Assembly: GCA_903913645.1 (NCBI GenBank)
Contig: CAIWMA010000009.1
Span: forward strand, 319 to 64,318
DNA from: an uncultured Bacteroidales bacterium
GTDB taxonomy: Bacteria > Bacteroidota > Bacteroidia > Bacteroidales > UBA4417
DNA: 64,000 nt
Direction of reading: 5' to 3'
Every line of letters starts with the position of its first letter. Within the stretch, counting starts at the first letter, position 1. The notes under the pieces were generated by a model. It was not told the DNA's origin, did no database searches, and worked only from the letters and a program-made list of their open reading frames with translations. The translations under genes were made by a program, and so were the position numbers. This document shows positions 1 through 10,434 of this stretch, in pieces.

Positions 1-3
1 AAG

Positions 4-31
4 CCTGCAATCTTTGGAGAGCAGGTTTTTT
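4..31 (+). terminator. possible Rho-independent terminator of a gene upstream of the window
   Basis: cctgc (4-8) pairs with gcagg (21-25), followed by a T6 run (26-31). The stem is only 5 bp and may be truncated by the window edge. Confidence 0.3.
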
Positions 32-195
32 CATTTTTAGTTCACACCCAAATAAAGTGTAACTTATTCAATATCTGTTATTTATTTTCTTTTGATTGTT
101 GCCCGTTTTCCTTTGGGTTTGGGCTTTATGGTCGCATTTTTGGTCGCATAAATGAAAAAAGAGTTACAAGTAACTTGTAACTCTTTGATTTTCAG

Positions 196-270
196 TGGGA
201 GCACATGGATTCGAACCAAGGACCCTCTGCTTGTAAGGCAGATGCTCTGAACCAGCTGAGCTATGCTCCC
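196..270 (-). tRNA. tRNA-Val (anticodon TAC)
   Basis: The reverse complement folds as a 75-nt cloverleaf. Acceptor GGGAGCA/TGCTCCC, D arm GCTC..GAGC, anticodon stem TCTGC/GCAGA with loop CTTACAA, T loop TTCGAAT. There is one T:T mismatch in the T stem and no encoded CCA. The 82..285 ORF in the track is an artefact of this gene. Confidence 0.85.
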
Positions 271-320
271 AATATTTTTGTACACATTATTTTAAAGAAC
301 TAAAAGAGGTTTACTTTGCC

Positions 321-370
321 GGACCCTCCCGATGTATCGGGATGCTCTGAACCAGCTGAGCTATGCTCCC
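321..370 (-). pseudogene. truncated tRNA-Val-like copy (5' two-thirds only)
   Basis: 341-370 is identical to 241-270 (acceptor 5' strand plus D arm), and ggaccctc (321-328) matches 220-227. The anticodon arm is replaced (TCCCG-ATACAT-CGGGA, a 6-nt loop still containing TAC). There is no T arm and no 3' acceptor strand downstream. Confidence 0.6.
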
Positions 371-519
371 CTTAAGAGGATGCAAAAGTAGTCATATTTT
401 ACAAACAAGCAAATTATCATTCATTTTTTTTCAACATATTTTTACGAATTAAATAATTTCAATCATTCCATGCTTACTCTTATCTTTGCTCATTATACTT
501 ACACCGAAAACAAATACGA

Positions 520-2877
520 TTGAATAAGAGAATAACTCATATCACGCTACTGATATTGTTTATGTTATCCCTGGCAGCTTGTCACCCAACCCGCAAAGTT
601 GAGCGCCGTGGCGGATACCTGCTTGTTAAAAACACCATTAAAAACCGAAACACATACCTGCCCGTCGACGAACTGGAAGGTTTCCTTCAGCAAAATTCCA
701 TGCCAGGAAGGCTAGCGCCATATTTCAGGCCTGGAGTCTATTTCTATGAACGCAGCTACCTGGGGAAAGAAACCAAATTCAAACTTTTCCTGCGCAGATC
801 ATTAGGGAAAAAGCCTGTTATACTAGATACCATGCTCACCTACAATACAGTGGATAAATTAGAGCAGTATCTTAAGAACAAAGGCTTCTATCATTCGACT
901 GTCAGCAAATCCATAAAATACAAACGAACAAAAGCAACAGTAACTTACCAGATCAACTCGGGTCCGCCATGCATGGTTAACAGATTTGACTATTTTGTTG
1001 AAGATACTATAATGCATGAATTAATTATGTCGGACACAGCCCAGGGAAAACTGCGTAAAAGCATGATTTACGACACCTACGTTCTGGATGACGAACGCGA
1101 AAGAATAGCAACTTTACTTCGTAATAACAGCTATTTCAACTTCTCACTCAGTGACATATATTACATGGTTGATACAACAAATGCCGGTCTATCGGCTTCA
1201 GTCGAACTGTATATTAAAAAAATAAAGATCAGTATTCCAGGTACCACCGATTCAACCGCCGAAATTCTACATCCCCGTTTTTATATCCGGAATATTTATA
1301 TAACACCTAATGCAGACAATTCAGCACAGGTAAATTCGTACGATACCCTGGCATATAAGTATTTTCTTAATAAATCAGATACCAGCGGCAAAACACTATT
1401 TATTCTTAACCGGAATCAACGTTTCCTTAAACCCTCGTTTTTATCAACCTGCCTTGAATTTGCGCCCGGCAATGCCTACAGCCAGGCGAAAACAAACCTC
1501 ACTTACAAGAAGCTGATCAGCCAGCCTATTATTGGCGCCGCCAATGTAAATATGGTTATGATAAACCCGGAAGGAATAAATCCGGCCGAGAAACAATGGC
1601 TCGATTGTAACATCAGGATGATACGAAACAAGCCCAATACATTCAGCCTTGGGACTGAAGGAACCAACTCTGGCGGACGATTGGGATTAGGAGTGAATAC
1701 CGCTGTCCAGAACAGGAATCTTTTCCGTGGCGCTGAAGTTTTTTCAATAAAAGTACGGGCTAGTGCTGAACTCCAGGGAAACCTGAACAATGCGACCACC
1801 AGCGCCAACTATTTCCTGATTTTTAATACGTTTGAGGCTGGCATTGAAGCCAGTATAGATTTCCCGAGAGTGCTGATGCCCTATCGCTCCAATTATCTGC
1901 AAAATTCAAAGCTAGGACGCACATCAGTGAGTGCCGGCATAGGGTATGAATACAGACCCGATTATAATCGAACTGTTTCTACTGCTGCATGGTCGTACAA
2001 ATGGAGCAATAACAACCGCGTCAGCCATATTTTCACGCCCCTGGAGCTGAATTATGTAAATATTTCTCCTAGTCCGGAATTCCAGAAACACCTGGATACG
2101 TTAACTGATCCTCAGTATAAATCACAGTATACTGATCACCTGCTTACAATGATCCGCTATAGTTTTGTTTTCAGCAACATGAGGACTACAAAACTCAATA
2201 ATCAATTCTTTCTCAGGATAAATGCCGAAACATCAGGAAATATCCCCTATATGATAGATCACGCAACAAAAGTGCTTGATTCTGCCAACGGGTATTATGA
2301 ACGATTTGGCGTTCGGTATGCAAATTTCGTCCGATTTGACGCAGATTATCGTAGGTACTGGAAACTACGGTTTCATAATTTACTGGCCTTCCGGTTGACC
2401 GGAGGCATAGCTTTGCCTTATGGAAATTCAGTGTCGATGCCTTTCGAAAAAAGTTTCTGGCTTGGCGGTGCCAACGATATGCGTGGATGGCGTTTACGAT
2501 CCCTGGGGCCGGGAGCATACTCATCTTCGAATCAAAACTTCGATAAAACGGGCGATATTATGCTGCAATCCAGTATTGAACAACGTTTCCCGATATACAG
2601 TTTTCTTCTGGGTAGTTTCTTTATTGATGCCGGAAATATCTGGCTCAGGCAGCCAAGCGAGGATTTCCAGAACGGCAATTTCAAACTCAATACATTCTAT
2701 AAACAGATTGCTATGGATATGGGTGTCGGGTTGAGATTCGATTTTTCTTTCTTTATTTTCAGACTTGATGCTGCTGTTCCGGTTCATGATCCTGCTACAC
2801 CAGATAAATGGTTTGATAAAAACGTTTTCAAATTCAATAATTCGATCTTGAATTTCGGGATCGGATATCCGTTTTAG
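520..2877 (+). CDS. BamA/TamA (Omp85) family outer membrane protein, lipoprotein-type signal
   Basis: 785-aa ORF with TTG start. N-terminal signal with lipobox LSLAAC, long beta-rich C-terminal region ending GIGYPF (terminal aromatic typical of OM beta-barrels), and a surface-antigen/D15-like C-terminal segment (GGANDMRGW). Confidence 0.75.
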   Translation: MNKRITHITLLILFMLSLAACHPTRKVERRGGYLLVKNTIKNRNTYLPVDELEGFLQQNSMPGRLAPYFRPGVYFYERSYLGKETKFKLFLRRSLGKKPVILDTMLTYNTVDKLEQYLKNKGFYHSTVSKSIKYKRTKATVTYQINSGPPCMVNRFDYFVEDTIMHELIMSDTAQGKLRKSMIYDTYVLDDERERIATLLRNNSYFNFSLSDIYYMVDTTNAGLSASVELYIKKIKISIPGTTDSTAEILHPRFYIRNIYITPNADNSAQVNSYDTLAYKYFLNKSDTSGKTLFILNRNQRFLKPSFLSTCLEFAPGNAYSQAKTNLTYKKLISQPIIGAANVNMVMINPEGINPAEKQWLDCNIRMIRNKPNTFSLGTEGTNSGGRLGLGVNTAVQNRNLFRGAEVFSIKVRASAELQGNLNNATTSANYFLIFNTFEAGIEASIDFPRVLMPYRSNYLQNSKLGRTSVSAGIGYEYRPDYNRTVSTAAWSYKWSNNNRVSHIFTPLELNYVNISPSPEFQKHLDTLTDPQYKSQYTDHLLTMIRYSFVFSNMRTTKLNNQFFLRINAETSGNIPYMIDHATKVLDSANGYYERFGVRYANFVRFDADYRRYWKLRFHNLLAFRLTGGIALPYGNSVSMPFEKSFWLGGANDMRGWRLRSLGPGAYSSSNQNFDKTGDIMLQSSIEQRFPIYSFLLGSFFIDAGNIWLRQPSEDFQNGNFKLNTFYKQIAMDMGVGLRFDFSFFIFRLDAAVPVHDPATPDKWFDKNVFKFNNSILNFGIGYPF

Positions 2878-2994
2878 AATAATCAAATTTCACGCTATGA
2901 ATGATCATACAGGGAATTACCGTAGCATTTATCCCCTATTTCGTTTAAAAGGAATTCAAATAAACCAGGTAATATTCTCATCAAGCAACTTAAC

Positions 2995-4485
2995 TTGTGC
3001 GGAACTATCACTTTAAATAATTCAGATTTTAAACTTTCACTTTTGATAACCGTTTCTGAATTCAGCAATACTATATTCCGGGAGTTTCCTTACTCTCCTA
3101 CTCCCGGCCAACAGGACCTTATAAAAAGGCTTGCTGATTTTATTGTGTCCGACCAGGCGCAATTCCCGTTATTTCTGCTCGAAGGCTATGCAGGCACAGG
3201 TAAAACCACTGTTGTAAGCGCCCTTGTAAATGTATTGCCAAAAGCCGGGTATAGCGCTGTTTTACTGGCACCTACAGGCAGGGCAGCAAAAGTACTTTCG
3301 TTGTATGCACAAATGCCTGCCTATACTATTCATAAGCGCTTGTACAGGCCAGCTATGGATGCTGACGGGCATGTAAACTTCCAGGTGCTCCCCAATAAAT
3401 CGGCGCGTACTCTTTTTATAGTTGATGAAGCTTCGATGATACCTGACGACAGGCAATCAAGTGAAAGCGGCTCGTTTCAATCCAGAAATCTGCTTGAGGA
3501 CCTGATCGGCCATGTTTATTCGGGCGACAATTGCAAAATGCTCTTTTTAGGCGATTCGTGCCAGCTGCCTCCTGTTGGAATAAACCAAAGCCCGGCACTC
3601 GATAAAGAATTGCTCAGGCAGTCCTTCTATCTTGACCTGGATACTTTCGTGCTTTCGGATGTGGTAAGGCAATCACTTGAATCGGGAATACTGTCGGTGG
3701 CAACGGCAATACGAAAAAAAATCAATCACCCTTCAGCAGGTCTTCCCTTGCCTTTGTTTGGTAAGGAAAACGAATTTGCAGATGTAATAAGCATAACGGG
3801 TATTGATATGCCGGATGCTATGCAACAAGCTTTTCATGATTATGGTCGCGAAAATACTGTTGTAATTACCCGTTCGAACAAACGTGCTAACCTCTTTAAC
3901 CAGGCCATCAGGGAACGCATTCTTTTTCATGAAAACGAAATTTCCGCCGGAGATCATCTGATGGTTGTCCGGAATAATTACTTCTGGCTGCCCGATGAAT
4001 CAAAAGCCGGTTTTATTGCTAATGGCGATATTGTAGAAGTGCAGAGTTTACGGAAAACCGAAGAACTTTATGGGTTCAGGTTTGCGGAAGCCACTGTGCG
4101 TATGGTTGATTATCCTGATGAATCGTCGTTCGACGTAAAGTTATTGCTGGATACGATCAGTTCCGAAGGTCCTGCACTAAATTACCAGGATAACCAACGG
4201 CTTTTTAATGAAGTTATGGCCGATTATATGGGTGAAAGCACACGCCGAAAAAAGATGGCCGGCATAAGGCAGAATCCCCATTTCAACGCACTCCAGGTAA
4301 AACATGCAAGTGCCTTAACATGCCATAAAACCCAGGGAGGGCAATGGGAAGCTGTATTTATTGAAAAAGGATTCCTGAAAGATGAGATGATAGATACGGA
4401 ATACCTCCGCTGGTTATATACCGCTGTAACCCGTGCTACCAGGAAACTTTTTCTTATTAACTTTGAGGAACGTTTTTTTGATTAA
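2995..4485 (+). CDS. RecD/TraA-like superfamily 1 DNA helicase (AAA_30 + UvrD_C-like)
   Basis: Walker A GYAGTGKTT, Walker B FIVDEASM, and C-terminal HKTQGGQWEAVFI and YTAVTRATRKLFLI motifs. The start is uncertain: the track uses TTG at 2995 and there is no ATG near the N-terminus. Confidence 0.8.
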   Translation: MCGTITLNNSDFKLSLLITVSEFSNTIFREFPYSPTPGQQDLIKRLADFIVSDQAQFPLFLLEGYAGTGKTTVVSALVNVLPKAGYSAVLLAPTGRAAKVLSLYAQMPAYTIHKRLYRPAMDADGHVNFQVLPNKSARTLFIVDEASMIPDDRQSSESGSFQSRNLLEDLIGHVYSGDNCKMLFLGDSCQLPPVGINQSPALDKELLRQSFYLDLDTFVLSDVVRQSLESGILSVATAIRKKINHPSAGLPLPLFGKENEFADVISITGIDMPDAMQQAFHDYGRENTVVITRSNKRANLFNQAIRERILFHENEISAGDHLMVVRNNYFWLPDESKAGFIANGDIVEVQSLRKTEELYGFRFAEATVRMVDYPDESSFDVKLLLDTISSEGPALNYQDNQRLFNEVMADYMGESTRRKKMAGIRQNPHFNALQVKHASALTCHKTQGGQWEAVFIEKGFLKDEMIDTEYLRWLYTAVTRATRKLFLINFEERFFD

Positions 4486-4572
4486 ACCTATCTTCCTTTA
4501 CTATCCGGCTTCGTCTCATTCACAAATTTTCAAATTTTCAAATTCACTCCCAACCCCTAAAACCAAAAAAAA

Positions 4573-5043
4573 ATGCGCATAGGATTTGGATACGATGTAC
4601 ACCGTTTTGCCGAAGGACGTGATCTATGGCTTGGTGGAATCAAAATACCGCATACCAAAGGACTGCTTGGTCATTCGGATGCTGATGTTGTTATACATGC
4701 GATATGCGATGCGCTGTTAGGCGCAGCTTCACTGGGTGATATAGGAACACATTTCCCGGATACGGATCCAAAATACAAAGGGATTGACAGTAAAATACTG
4801 CTTGCTGAAACCGGCAAGCTGATAGCTGCAAAAGGTTATACAATTCAGAATATTGATACTACGATAGCCATACAGGTTCCGAAAATTGCACCATACATCG
4901 AAATGATGCGAAGTACATTAAGCGATTTGCTTTCTATAAGAATGGATCAGATTTCAGTAAAAGCAACAACCACCGAAAGACTTGGTTTTGAAGGCAGGGA
5001 AGAAGGCGTTTCGGCTTATGCCGTTGTTTTGCTTGACAGTTGA
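4573..5043 (+). CDS. ispF: 2-C-methyl-D-erythritol 2,4-cyclodiphosphate synthase
   Basis: 156 aa. Motifs [31 protein letters not shown] and [16 protein letters not shown] are diagnostic of IspF. Confidence 0.95.
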   Translation: MRIGFGYDVHRFAEGRDLWLGGIKIPHTKGLLGHSDADVVIHAICDALLGAASLGDIGTHFPDTDPKYKGIDSKILLAETGKLIAAKGYTIQNIDTTIAIQVPKIAPYIEMMRSTLSDLLSIRMDQISVKATTTERLGFEGREEGVSAYAVVLLDS

Positions 5044-5102
5044 GCAAACTGTTTCTGAAATTTATCTTGGGCCTAACGTTCAAGACACTTTACGTAAACG
5101 CA

Positions 5103-5138
5103 AAAAGGTTGTCCGACAAAGACAACCTTTTCATTTTA
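5103..5138. terminator. bidirectional Rho-independent terminator between convergent ispF and porV
   Basis: aaaaggttgtc (5103-5113) pairs with gacaacctttt (5121-5131) around a 7-nt loop. It is flanked by an A-run upstream and a T-rich tract downstream. Confidence 0.7.
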
Positions 5139-5154
5139 TATCGTACGAAAGTAT

Positions 5155-6324
5155 TTACTTCGATGAAGGAGAATTAAAATTGATCAGCAACGAAAACCGC
5201 AATGTGTGCTCCAAAGGATTCTGGGTTTCGATAGGAATAAGATAGGAGAAATCAATTCCAATAACATTGTATCGGAATCCTGCTCCTAAAGTGAAGAACT
5301 TACGATTTCCCTTGTTTGCATTTTCGTAGAAGAATCCGCCTCTGAGTGCGAACTGTTGTGCATACCAGTATTCCAAACCTGCCGAAAAGTTAATTTCGCT
5401 CATTTCTTCCTTAAATCCGCCCGGAGCATCATAAAATGAATGGACCATACCAACAATAGTGCCAACATTCGGATCCATTCCATAAACAACAGCACCTGCA
5501 CTGTCAATTGATTGCGTAGGCACAAGTAGTTTATTAAAATCAAGCATGAATGCCATTTGGTTATAATCGTCGAAATTGAGCGTGAGCGTAGGGCCGATTT
5601 TCAGATTGGTAGGAATAAAATCCTTGCGCGTATTATCGTCGCTATACGCAATTTTGGTTCCAATATTTGAGATATTCACTCCCCACGAAAAATTACCTTC
5701 AATTTTATCAAACTCAACAGGAATACGTTGAAATAATGCCACATCCGCAGCGTAAGAATTACCGGGTTTGGTAGCTTGTCCGCCAACATCCTGGCCCTGT
5801 GTAAGGTTCGAATGTATATATCTTCCGGCAACAGCCATCGACAAAGTTGGTGTAAGCATACGTGAATACGTTGCATCCAACGCAAATTCGTTGGGATTGT
5901 AATCACCTATAACCCAACTGTTGGCATCAGTAAAAGTAATACTGCCAAGACTAAAATAACGCAGAGAGAATGCGACTGCCGAGGTCTTATCTATCCGTTT
6001 AAAAGCGCTGAGGTAAGCCAGGTTAATATCGTTGGTAAGTCCTTTAAGCCATGGACTGTACGAAATGCCGACTCCCATATCTTTTTTGATAAAAGCGTAC
6101 TTTGCTGGGTTATAGTGCATTGAATAAGCATCCGGTTCCGAGGAAACCCCGGCGTCGCCCATGGCACCACCACGTGCGTCAGGAGCTATCATTAAAAACG
6201 GCACAGCTGTTGTTATCGGATTCAACTGGCCAATTTTATTATAAGTTGTATTTTGTGCTAATGTTGTACCTGAGAGTGCTAACAGCATTAAAAATGCAAG
6301 AAATGAATGTTTTTGGGGCATCAT
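5155..6324 (-). CDS. porV: type IX secretion system outer membrane shuttle protein PorV (LptO)
   Basis: 389 aa with a signal peptide. PorV-typical N-terminal segment (ARGGAMGDAGVSSEPDAYSMHYNPAKYAF), FadL-like beta-barrel character, and a position immediately downstream of porU as in Flavobacterium johnsoniae. Confidence 0.88.
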   Translation of the reverse strand: MMPQKHSFLAFLMLLALSGTTLAQNTTYNKIGQLNPITTAVPFLMIAPDARGGAMGDAGVSSEPDAYSMHYNPAKYAFIKKDMGVGISYSPWLKGLTNDINLAYLSAFKRIDKTSAVAFSLRYFSLGSITFTDANSWVIGDYNPNEFALDATYSRMLTPTLSMAVAGRYIHSNLTQGQDVGGQATKPGNSYAADVALFQRIPVEFDKIEGNFSWGVNISNIGTKIAYSDDNTRKDFIPTNLKIGPTLTLNFDDYNQMAFMLDFNKLLVPTQSIDSAGAVVYGMDPNVGTIVGMVHSFYDAPGGFKEEMSEINFSAGLEYWYAQQFALRGGFFYENANKGNRKFFTLGAGFRYNVIGIDFSYLIPIETQNPLEHTLRFSLLINFNSPSSK

Positions 6325-6491
6325 ACGTATCTAAAAATAAAGTCGCGAATTTACTTATTATTATTATCCAAAATAGTAACGGTGATTATAAAATGTTATT
6401 GCATAGATGATTGTTTTTATCCTTTAAGGCAATTACACACTTTACGAATCGGGTTATATGGTTTCAGGGTTAAAAGCTTACGATCAGCAGG

Positions 6492-6582
6492 TTCACTTTT
6501 AACTTTTCTATTTTCATTTTTCACACATCACTTTTTTACCCTGAGCTTAACCGAAGGGCACTTTTCACTTTTAACTTTTCAC
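6492..6582 (-). repeat. post-stop simple-sequence element (GTGAAAAG family) with a 17-nt direct repeat
   Basis: ttcacttttaacttttc occurs at 6492-6508 and again at 6564-6580. On the minus strand it reads AGTGAAAAGTTAAAAGTGAAAAGTG, starting 3 nt after the porU-1 stop codon. Confidence 0.7.
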
Positions 6583-6585
6583 TAA

Positions 6586-9500
6586 CTACTTTACCTTAAT
6601 CATCCTTGAGGCTTTTACCGTTTCGGAATTACCATTGCTGGCCCTGACGCTGATTAAGTACACACCAGGCGGAACTGCAGAACCGGAATTAGTAAGCCCG
6701 TCCCAGGTTAACTGGCTGGCAATGTTTCCTTGTGAAAGAAATACTTTGCTATTGGTTTTGGATATTAGCGATCCATTAATATTAAATATTTCGAGATATG
6801 CCTCTACCTGTGAATCGAACAAATTGGTTTCAAAGTCTACTTTAACATCACCCCTGAAAGGATTAGGATACACATTCATAGTAGTGATGCTAAGCTGCAA
6901 ATTTTTGTCCACCGTAAAACGGATGCTTGCTTCCGACGAGTTATTGAAAACATCCCAGGCTTTGAGTGTAAGTGTATGCAGACCTTCAGTAAGCTTCGAG
7001 AATTTATAAGCAACCTGTCCCGAACTATAACTGTCGAGGTCGGCACTATAGAAACTATTGAGAACAATAGACGTAGAATTATCACCGTCGATAGTGGCAA
7101 CAATGTCGTGACCAATTGCATTACTTATGGTATTAATTCCGCTCTGATCACTTAGTCTAGCCATTAGCAGAGGAGTATCTCCCGTTATTCCGCCATCAAC
7201 AAAATCGGGACTATCCATATGCAACGAAATCTGCGGACCGGCATTATCAGTACTTTCATTCCCTGATCCCCCGATCACAAGCTGTTTGCAAAAGCCGTTA
7301 GCATCTAAAGTTTCATTATGGGCATAATACGAGATTTTACCCAATCCAAAGCTGTAATCAATATCGCGTGGAACAATAAATTTCGCTGTAAAATCGCCGT
7401 TGGTAACAGTAGCTCTTCCCTGGTAGATATAATTATCCTGTACGGTATATGGAGCTGGGTAGTCGCCGGGATCGGTACCCAATGTCATGAGAGTGCGGGC
7501 TTTATCGAAAACCTTGACGTCGACAACCCCGGTGAACCCTGTTAATTTATTCCCGCCTGCATCTGTTACCATGCCATTGATCTCAACAGGCATCATTGCA
7601 GATATTGTATCCGCAAATTTATCGATATCACGACCGTTTATTTTTGTGGTTAACACATCATACTGAGGATAAGCCAGTCGTAAAGCCGGATCGCCCAGCA
7701 ACACGAAATTCCGGATAAGGGATGCATCACCGTTACCCATTTTATTTTTTGCATAAGCAATTACATCTCCAAAACGCGGGTATTCTCCATTATACTTGGA
7801 GAAAAGCGTATCATAGAAATAGAGGGTGAGTTCAATGTTGGTTCCTGCATTCGCCAGGCGTGTAGTCGTAAATAAAGCTATACCGCCGCCAACCGGGTTC
7901 AAAAACACATATTCACCTGCCGAAACCCTAACAGGATCATCGTACCTGCTGAATTCACAGGTAGCCGTCATAAATACAGGCATGTGATTGTAATTGGTCC
8001 AGGAGTTAATTTCGCGGACAGTTAGAATGGATTCTTCAGCCCAGCCTGTTTCGCCACCATGGCCGGTATAGTTCAGGAGCAAAATACCTTTTTCAATATT
8101 TGTACCAATGGCGGTATTTACATCCGGGCATCGCTGACCGGCAGGAGTTGCAACTTGTTTATAAGCATCGATATATGCTTTTTCGACATTGTAAACCGGT
8201 GCAATTTTTTCTATCAGCGGACAGATCTGTTTTTCCACCTGGCGAAAGTGAGTATTGCTGTTCCCGTCGTCAGCAACGAAAAGCAACTTATTGCGCCAAT
8301 CTCCCATCGAAGCATCGCTATTCGTAGCATAAAACACGCATTTATCAACTGCATTTTTCGCGTCTTCAACGGTGTTCACCGGGAAACGGCCAATCCCTAT
8401 ATCGATAAGCCCGATAGCATTATTCCCTTCGTTAGCATCCAGTAAACCATAAAAATCATCGCTGGCATAGGAGTAGACTGAATTAAGTGATTCCTTGGTT
8501 TGAAAAGTTAGCACCCGGTTAGTATTGGATGGAATACGGTCTTTATAATCATAGGAACCATCGCCAAAAAGCAAAAGGTAACGAAGTTTATTCCCTGCTT
8601 CGGCTTTCTGATACAGCAAACGGGCAAAATCGCGAATTGCAGATATATCAGGCGATCCGGAGGAAAATTCGTTATAAACCTGTTCGTTGGTTACAACCGT
8701 TACCTTGAACCCGTCATGCGACCTGTGATGTTCGGCTAGCCTGTTAGCCTGTTCGACAAAATCCTTGTTCGTAACAATAAGTATATCGGTTGAAGCAATT
8801 CCATGTAAATCCTGATTAATAACTTTTTCAGTAAATTTTACTGTGAGAAAAGATGAATTATCCCAAGCCATAAATTGCCTGAGCGAATCCGTTTGCGCAA
8901 CAAACTTGCTTATCCCTCCCTGAAGAGTCGCTGCCACATGTTTCACCTTAACAGGATCAGTTACTTCCCATATGACAACATTGGGTGTAGATGCCTGAAG
9001 CTGAAATTCCGTCACGGCGCCTGCTGTAACGGATAACGGATCGGCAAAAGCCATTTGTCCGCCGGTAAATTTCAGGTCGCGGGGTACATTTAATTCCACC
9101 CAATCGAGGTAGCCTAAGGAAGAACCCGTCCCATTATATTGAAACGAAACCTTTACTTTATCAGAGGATGTGGAAAATACTTTGGTTTCGATACGTTCAG
9201 TGGCTGTTGAATAGGTGGAAACTGCACTGCAGGAGGGAGAGCCAACCGGTATTCCATTTACTGCAACCGTGAAATTTGTTGTAGCTGAAGACCTGGCTGT
9301 TACACGGTACCGGATTGTTGATTGCTTATCAGCTGAAAAATTCGGGAAGGTAAATTCAGGTAGTTCGAAAACCGGGCTGCTGGGATCCATACGTTCTCCA
9401 ACCCAGTCCTTTCCTGAACTGATGAAATTAAGCTGATCTTTTTCGTAAAAAACACCCTCGGTGAAACTTGTGCTGGTATAAGTTGGAGTAAGTACAGGTT

Positions 9501-10410
9501 GCGATTGATCGTCAATTCGCATACCAGTTCCTCCATTAAAATTGAGAAAATAATAGGTATAGTCAGAATAGATATTAAGTGTATGCTCAAATTTCCGTGT
9601 AGATTTATTGAACGTAATACTGTTAGGCCCTGTTCCATAAAAAAGGATGTAATCGCCGGGAGCAAAAACGCCCTGGCTGGCAGTTACAACACTTATAGCA
9701 TTTTCGGCAAGATCATCGTACCTGCTGATGCTGTTGGCTTCCGGCAGTAGTCCGCCGCCGTTTCCAAACAACCTGATTGTAGCTGGATTAACAGTTGCCA
9801 TATCAACACCCATAGCCTGAATTTCAGCATACGTTACCTTATAAATTCCTGTTTTGTTCAGCTGAATCTTATACCAGTTTCCCTGGGAAAGCACGGAATG
9901 TGAAGCATAACCGGAGGATTTAAGCGTTGTTTCTTTCGATTTTGAAAGTACATATACAATATCTATAGTAAAGGATTTCAGACGCATAATGCCACCTTCA
10001 GGATTAACAACAACCGGCACTATGGTTAGCATGGCCATCTCCACTCCTCTTTCGGTTCCGGTTTCAATCACCGGGGAAAGAGTTTCATCCGGCTGCAAAG
10101 CATAGGTAAGTGAACTCAGTTGTTCACCATTCACCGGTTCCCATTCTGTATGGGTAACTAAAATGTCGCAACTACCAGCACCGGCAGGCAGTTTAAATTG
10201 CTCATGATATTCAGGAGTGTAATTTTTAGCTGCATTATTGGATAAACCATCCGCGCATAATGCATTCAAGGATTCATAATTTATCCCCTGTATGGTTTGA
10301 ATGCCTTTCCAGTTCAGAACCACTTTTTTCTGAATCCCTTGTCCCAAAAGCCAAATTGGCGATAAAAGTATCACCAGGACAGCTGTATATATTTTTTGAT
10401 TTCTTATCAT
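6586..10410 (-). CDS. porU: type IX secretion system sortase PorU (C25/gingipain-like peptidase), copy 1
   Basis: 1274 aa with a signal peptide. Catalytic-region motifs NYTGHGGETGWAEE and MTATCEFSRYDDP, and a C-terminal T9SS sorting domain (VYPNPF...GVYLISV...IKVK). Located directly upstream of porV. Confidence 0.88.
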   Translation of the reverse strand: MIRNQKIYTAVLVILLSPIWLLGQGIQKKVVLNWKGIQTIQGINYESLNALCADGLSNNAAKNYTPEYHEQFKLPAGAGSCDILVTHTEWEPVNGEQLSSLTYALQPDETLSPVIETGTERGVEMAMLTIVPVVVNPEGGIMRLKSFTIDIVYVLSKSKETTLKSSGYASHSVLSQGNWYKIQLNKTGIYKVTYAEIQAMGVDMATVNPATIRLFGNGGGLLPEANSISRYDDLAENAISVVTASQGVFAPGDYILFYGTGPNSITFNKSTRKFEHTLNIYSDYTYYFLNFNGGTGMRIDDQSQPVLTPTYTSTSFTEGVFYEKDQLNFISSGKDWVGERMDPSSPVFELPEFTFPNFSADKQSTIRYRVTARSSATTNFTVAVNGIPVGSPSCSAVSTYSTATERIETKVFSTSSDKVKVSFQYNGTGSSLGYLDWVELNVPRDLKFTGGQMAFADPLSVTAGAVTEFQLQASTPNVVIWEVTDPVKVKHVAATLQGGISKFVAQTDSLRQFMAWDNSSFLTVKFTEKVINQDLHGIASTDILIVTNKDFVEQANRLAEHHRSHDGFKVTVVTNEQVYNEFSSGSPDISAIRDFARLLYQKAEAGNKLRYLLLFGDGSYDYKDRIPSNTNRVLTFQTKESLNSVYSYASDDFYGLLDANEGNNAIGLIDIGIGRFPVNTVEDAKNAVDKCVFYATNSDASMGDWRNKLLFVADDGNSNTHFRQVEKQICPLIEKIAPVYNVEKAYIDAYKQVATPAGQRCPDVNTAIGTNIEKGILLLNYTGHGGETGWAEESILTVREINSWTNYNHMPVFMTATCEFSRYDDPVRVSAGEYVFLNPVGGGIALFTTTRLANAGTNIELTLYFYDTLFSKYNGEYPRFGDVIAYAKNKMGNGDASLIRNFVLLGDPALRLAYPQYDVLTTKINGRDIDKFADTISAMMPVEINGMVTDAGGNKLTGFTGVVDVKVFDKARTLMTLGTDPGDYPAPYTVQDNYIYQGRATVTNGDFTAKFIVPRDIDYSFGLGKISYYAHNETLDANGFCKQLVIGGSGNESTDNAGPQISLHMDSPDFVDGGITGDTPLLMARLSDQSGINTISNAIGHDIVATIDGDNSTSIVLNSFYSADLDSYSSGQVAYKFSKLTEGLHTLTLKAWDVFNNSSEASIRFTVDKNLQLSITTMNVYPNPFRGDVKVDFETNLFDSQVEAYLEIFNINGSLISKTNSKVFLSQGNIASQLTWDGLTNSGSAVPPGVYLISVRASNGNSETVKASRMIKVK

Positions 10411-10434
10411 AAAACCAACTCAATTATCAATGAA

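Noticed and set aside
82-285. 67-aa ORF on the minus strand
   Set aside because: It is fully explained by the tRNA-Val gene (196-270) that it overlaps. Its sequence is low-complexity and basic.
196-370. The tRNA duplication as an attL/attR scar of an integrated mobile element
   Set aside because: Integrase-mediated insertion duplicates the 3' part of the tRNA, whereas here the 5' part is duplicated. No integrase or other mobile-element gene is present in the adjacent sequence.
1503-2886. Antisense and alternative-frame ORFs inside the BamA-family gene (1503-1808, 2213-2524, 2420-2734, 2521-2886)
   Set aside because: They are embedded in a long, well-supported ORF. The translations are compositionally odd (Arg/Ser/Leu-rich) and have no recognisable motifs.
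4982-5245. 87-aa plus-strand ORF spanning the ispF 3' end, the terminator and the porV 3' end
   Set aside because: It crosses a strong bidirectional terminator and overlaps two well-supported genes.
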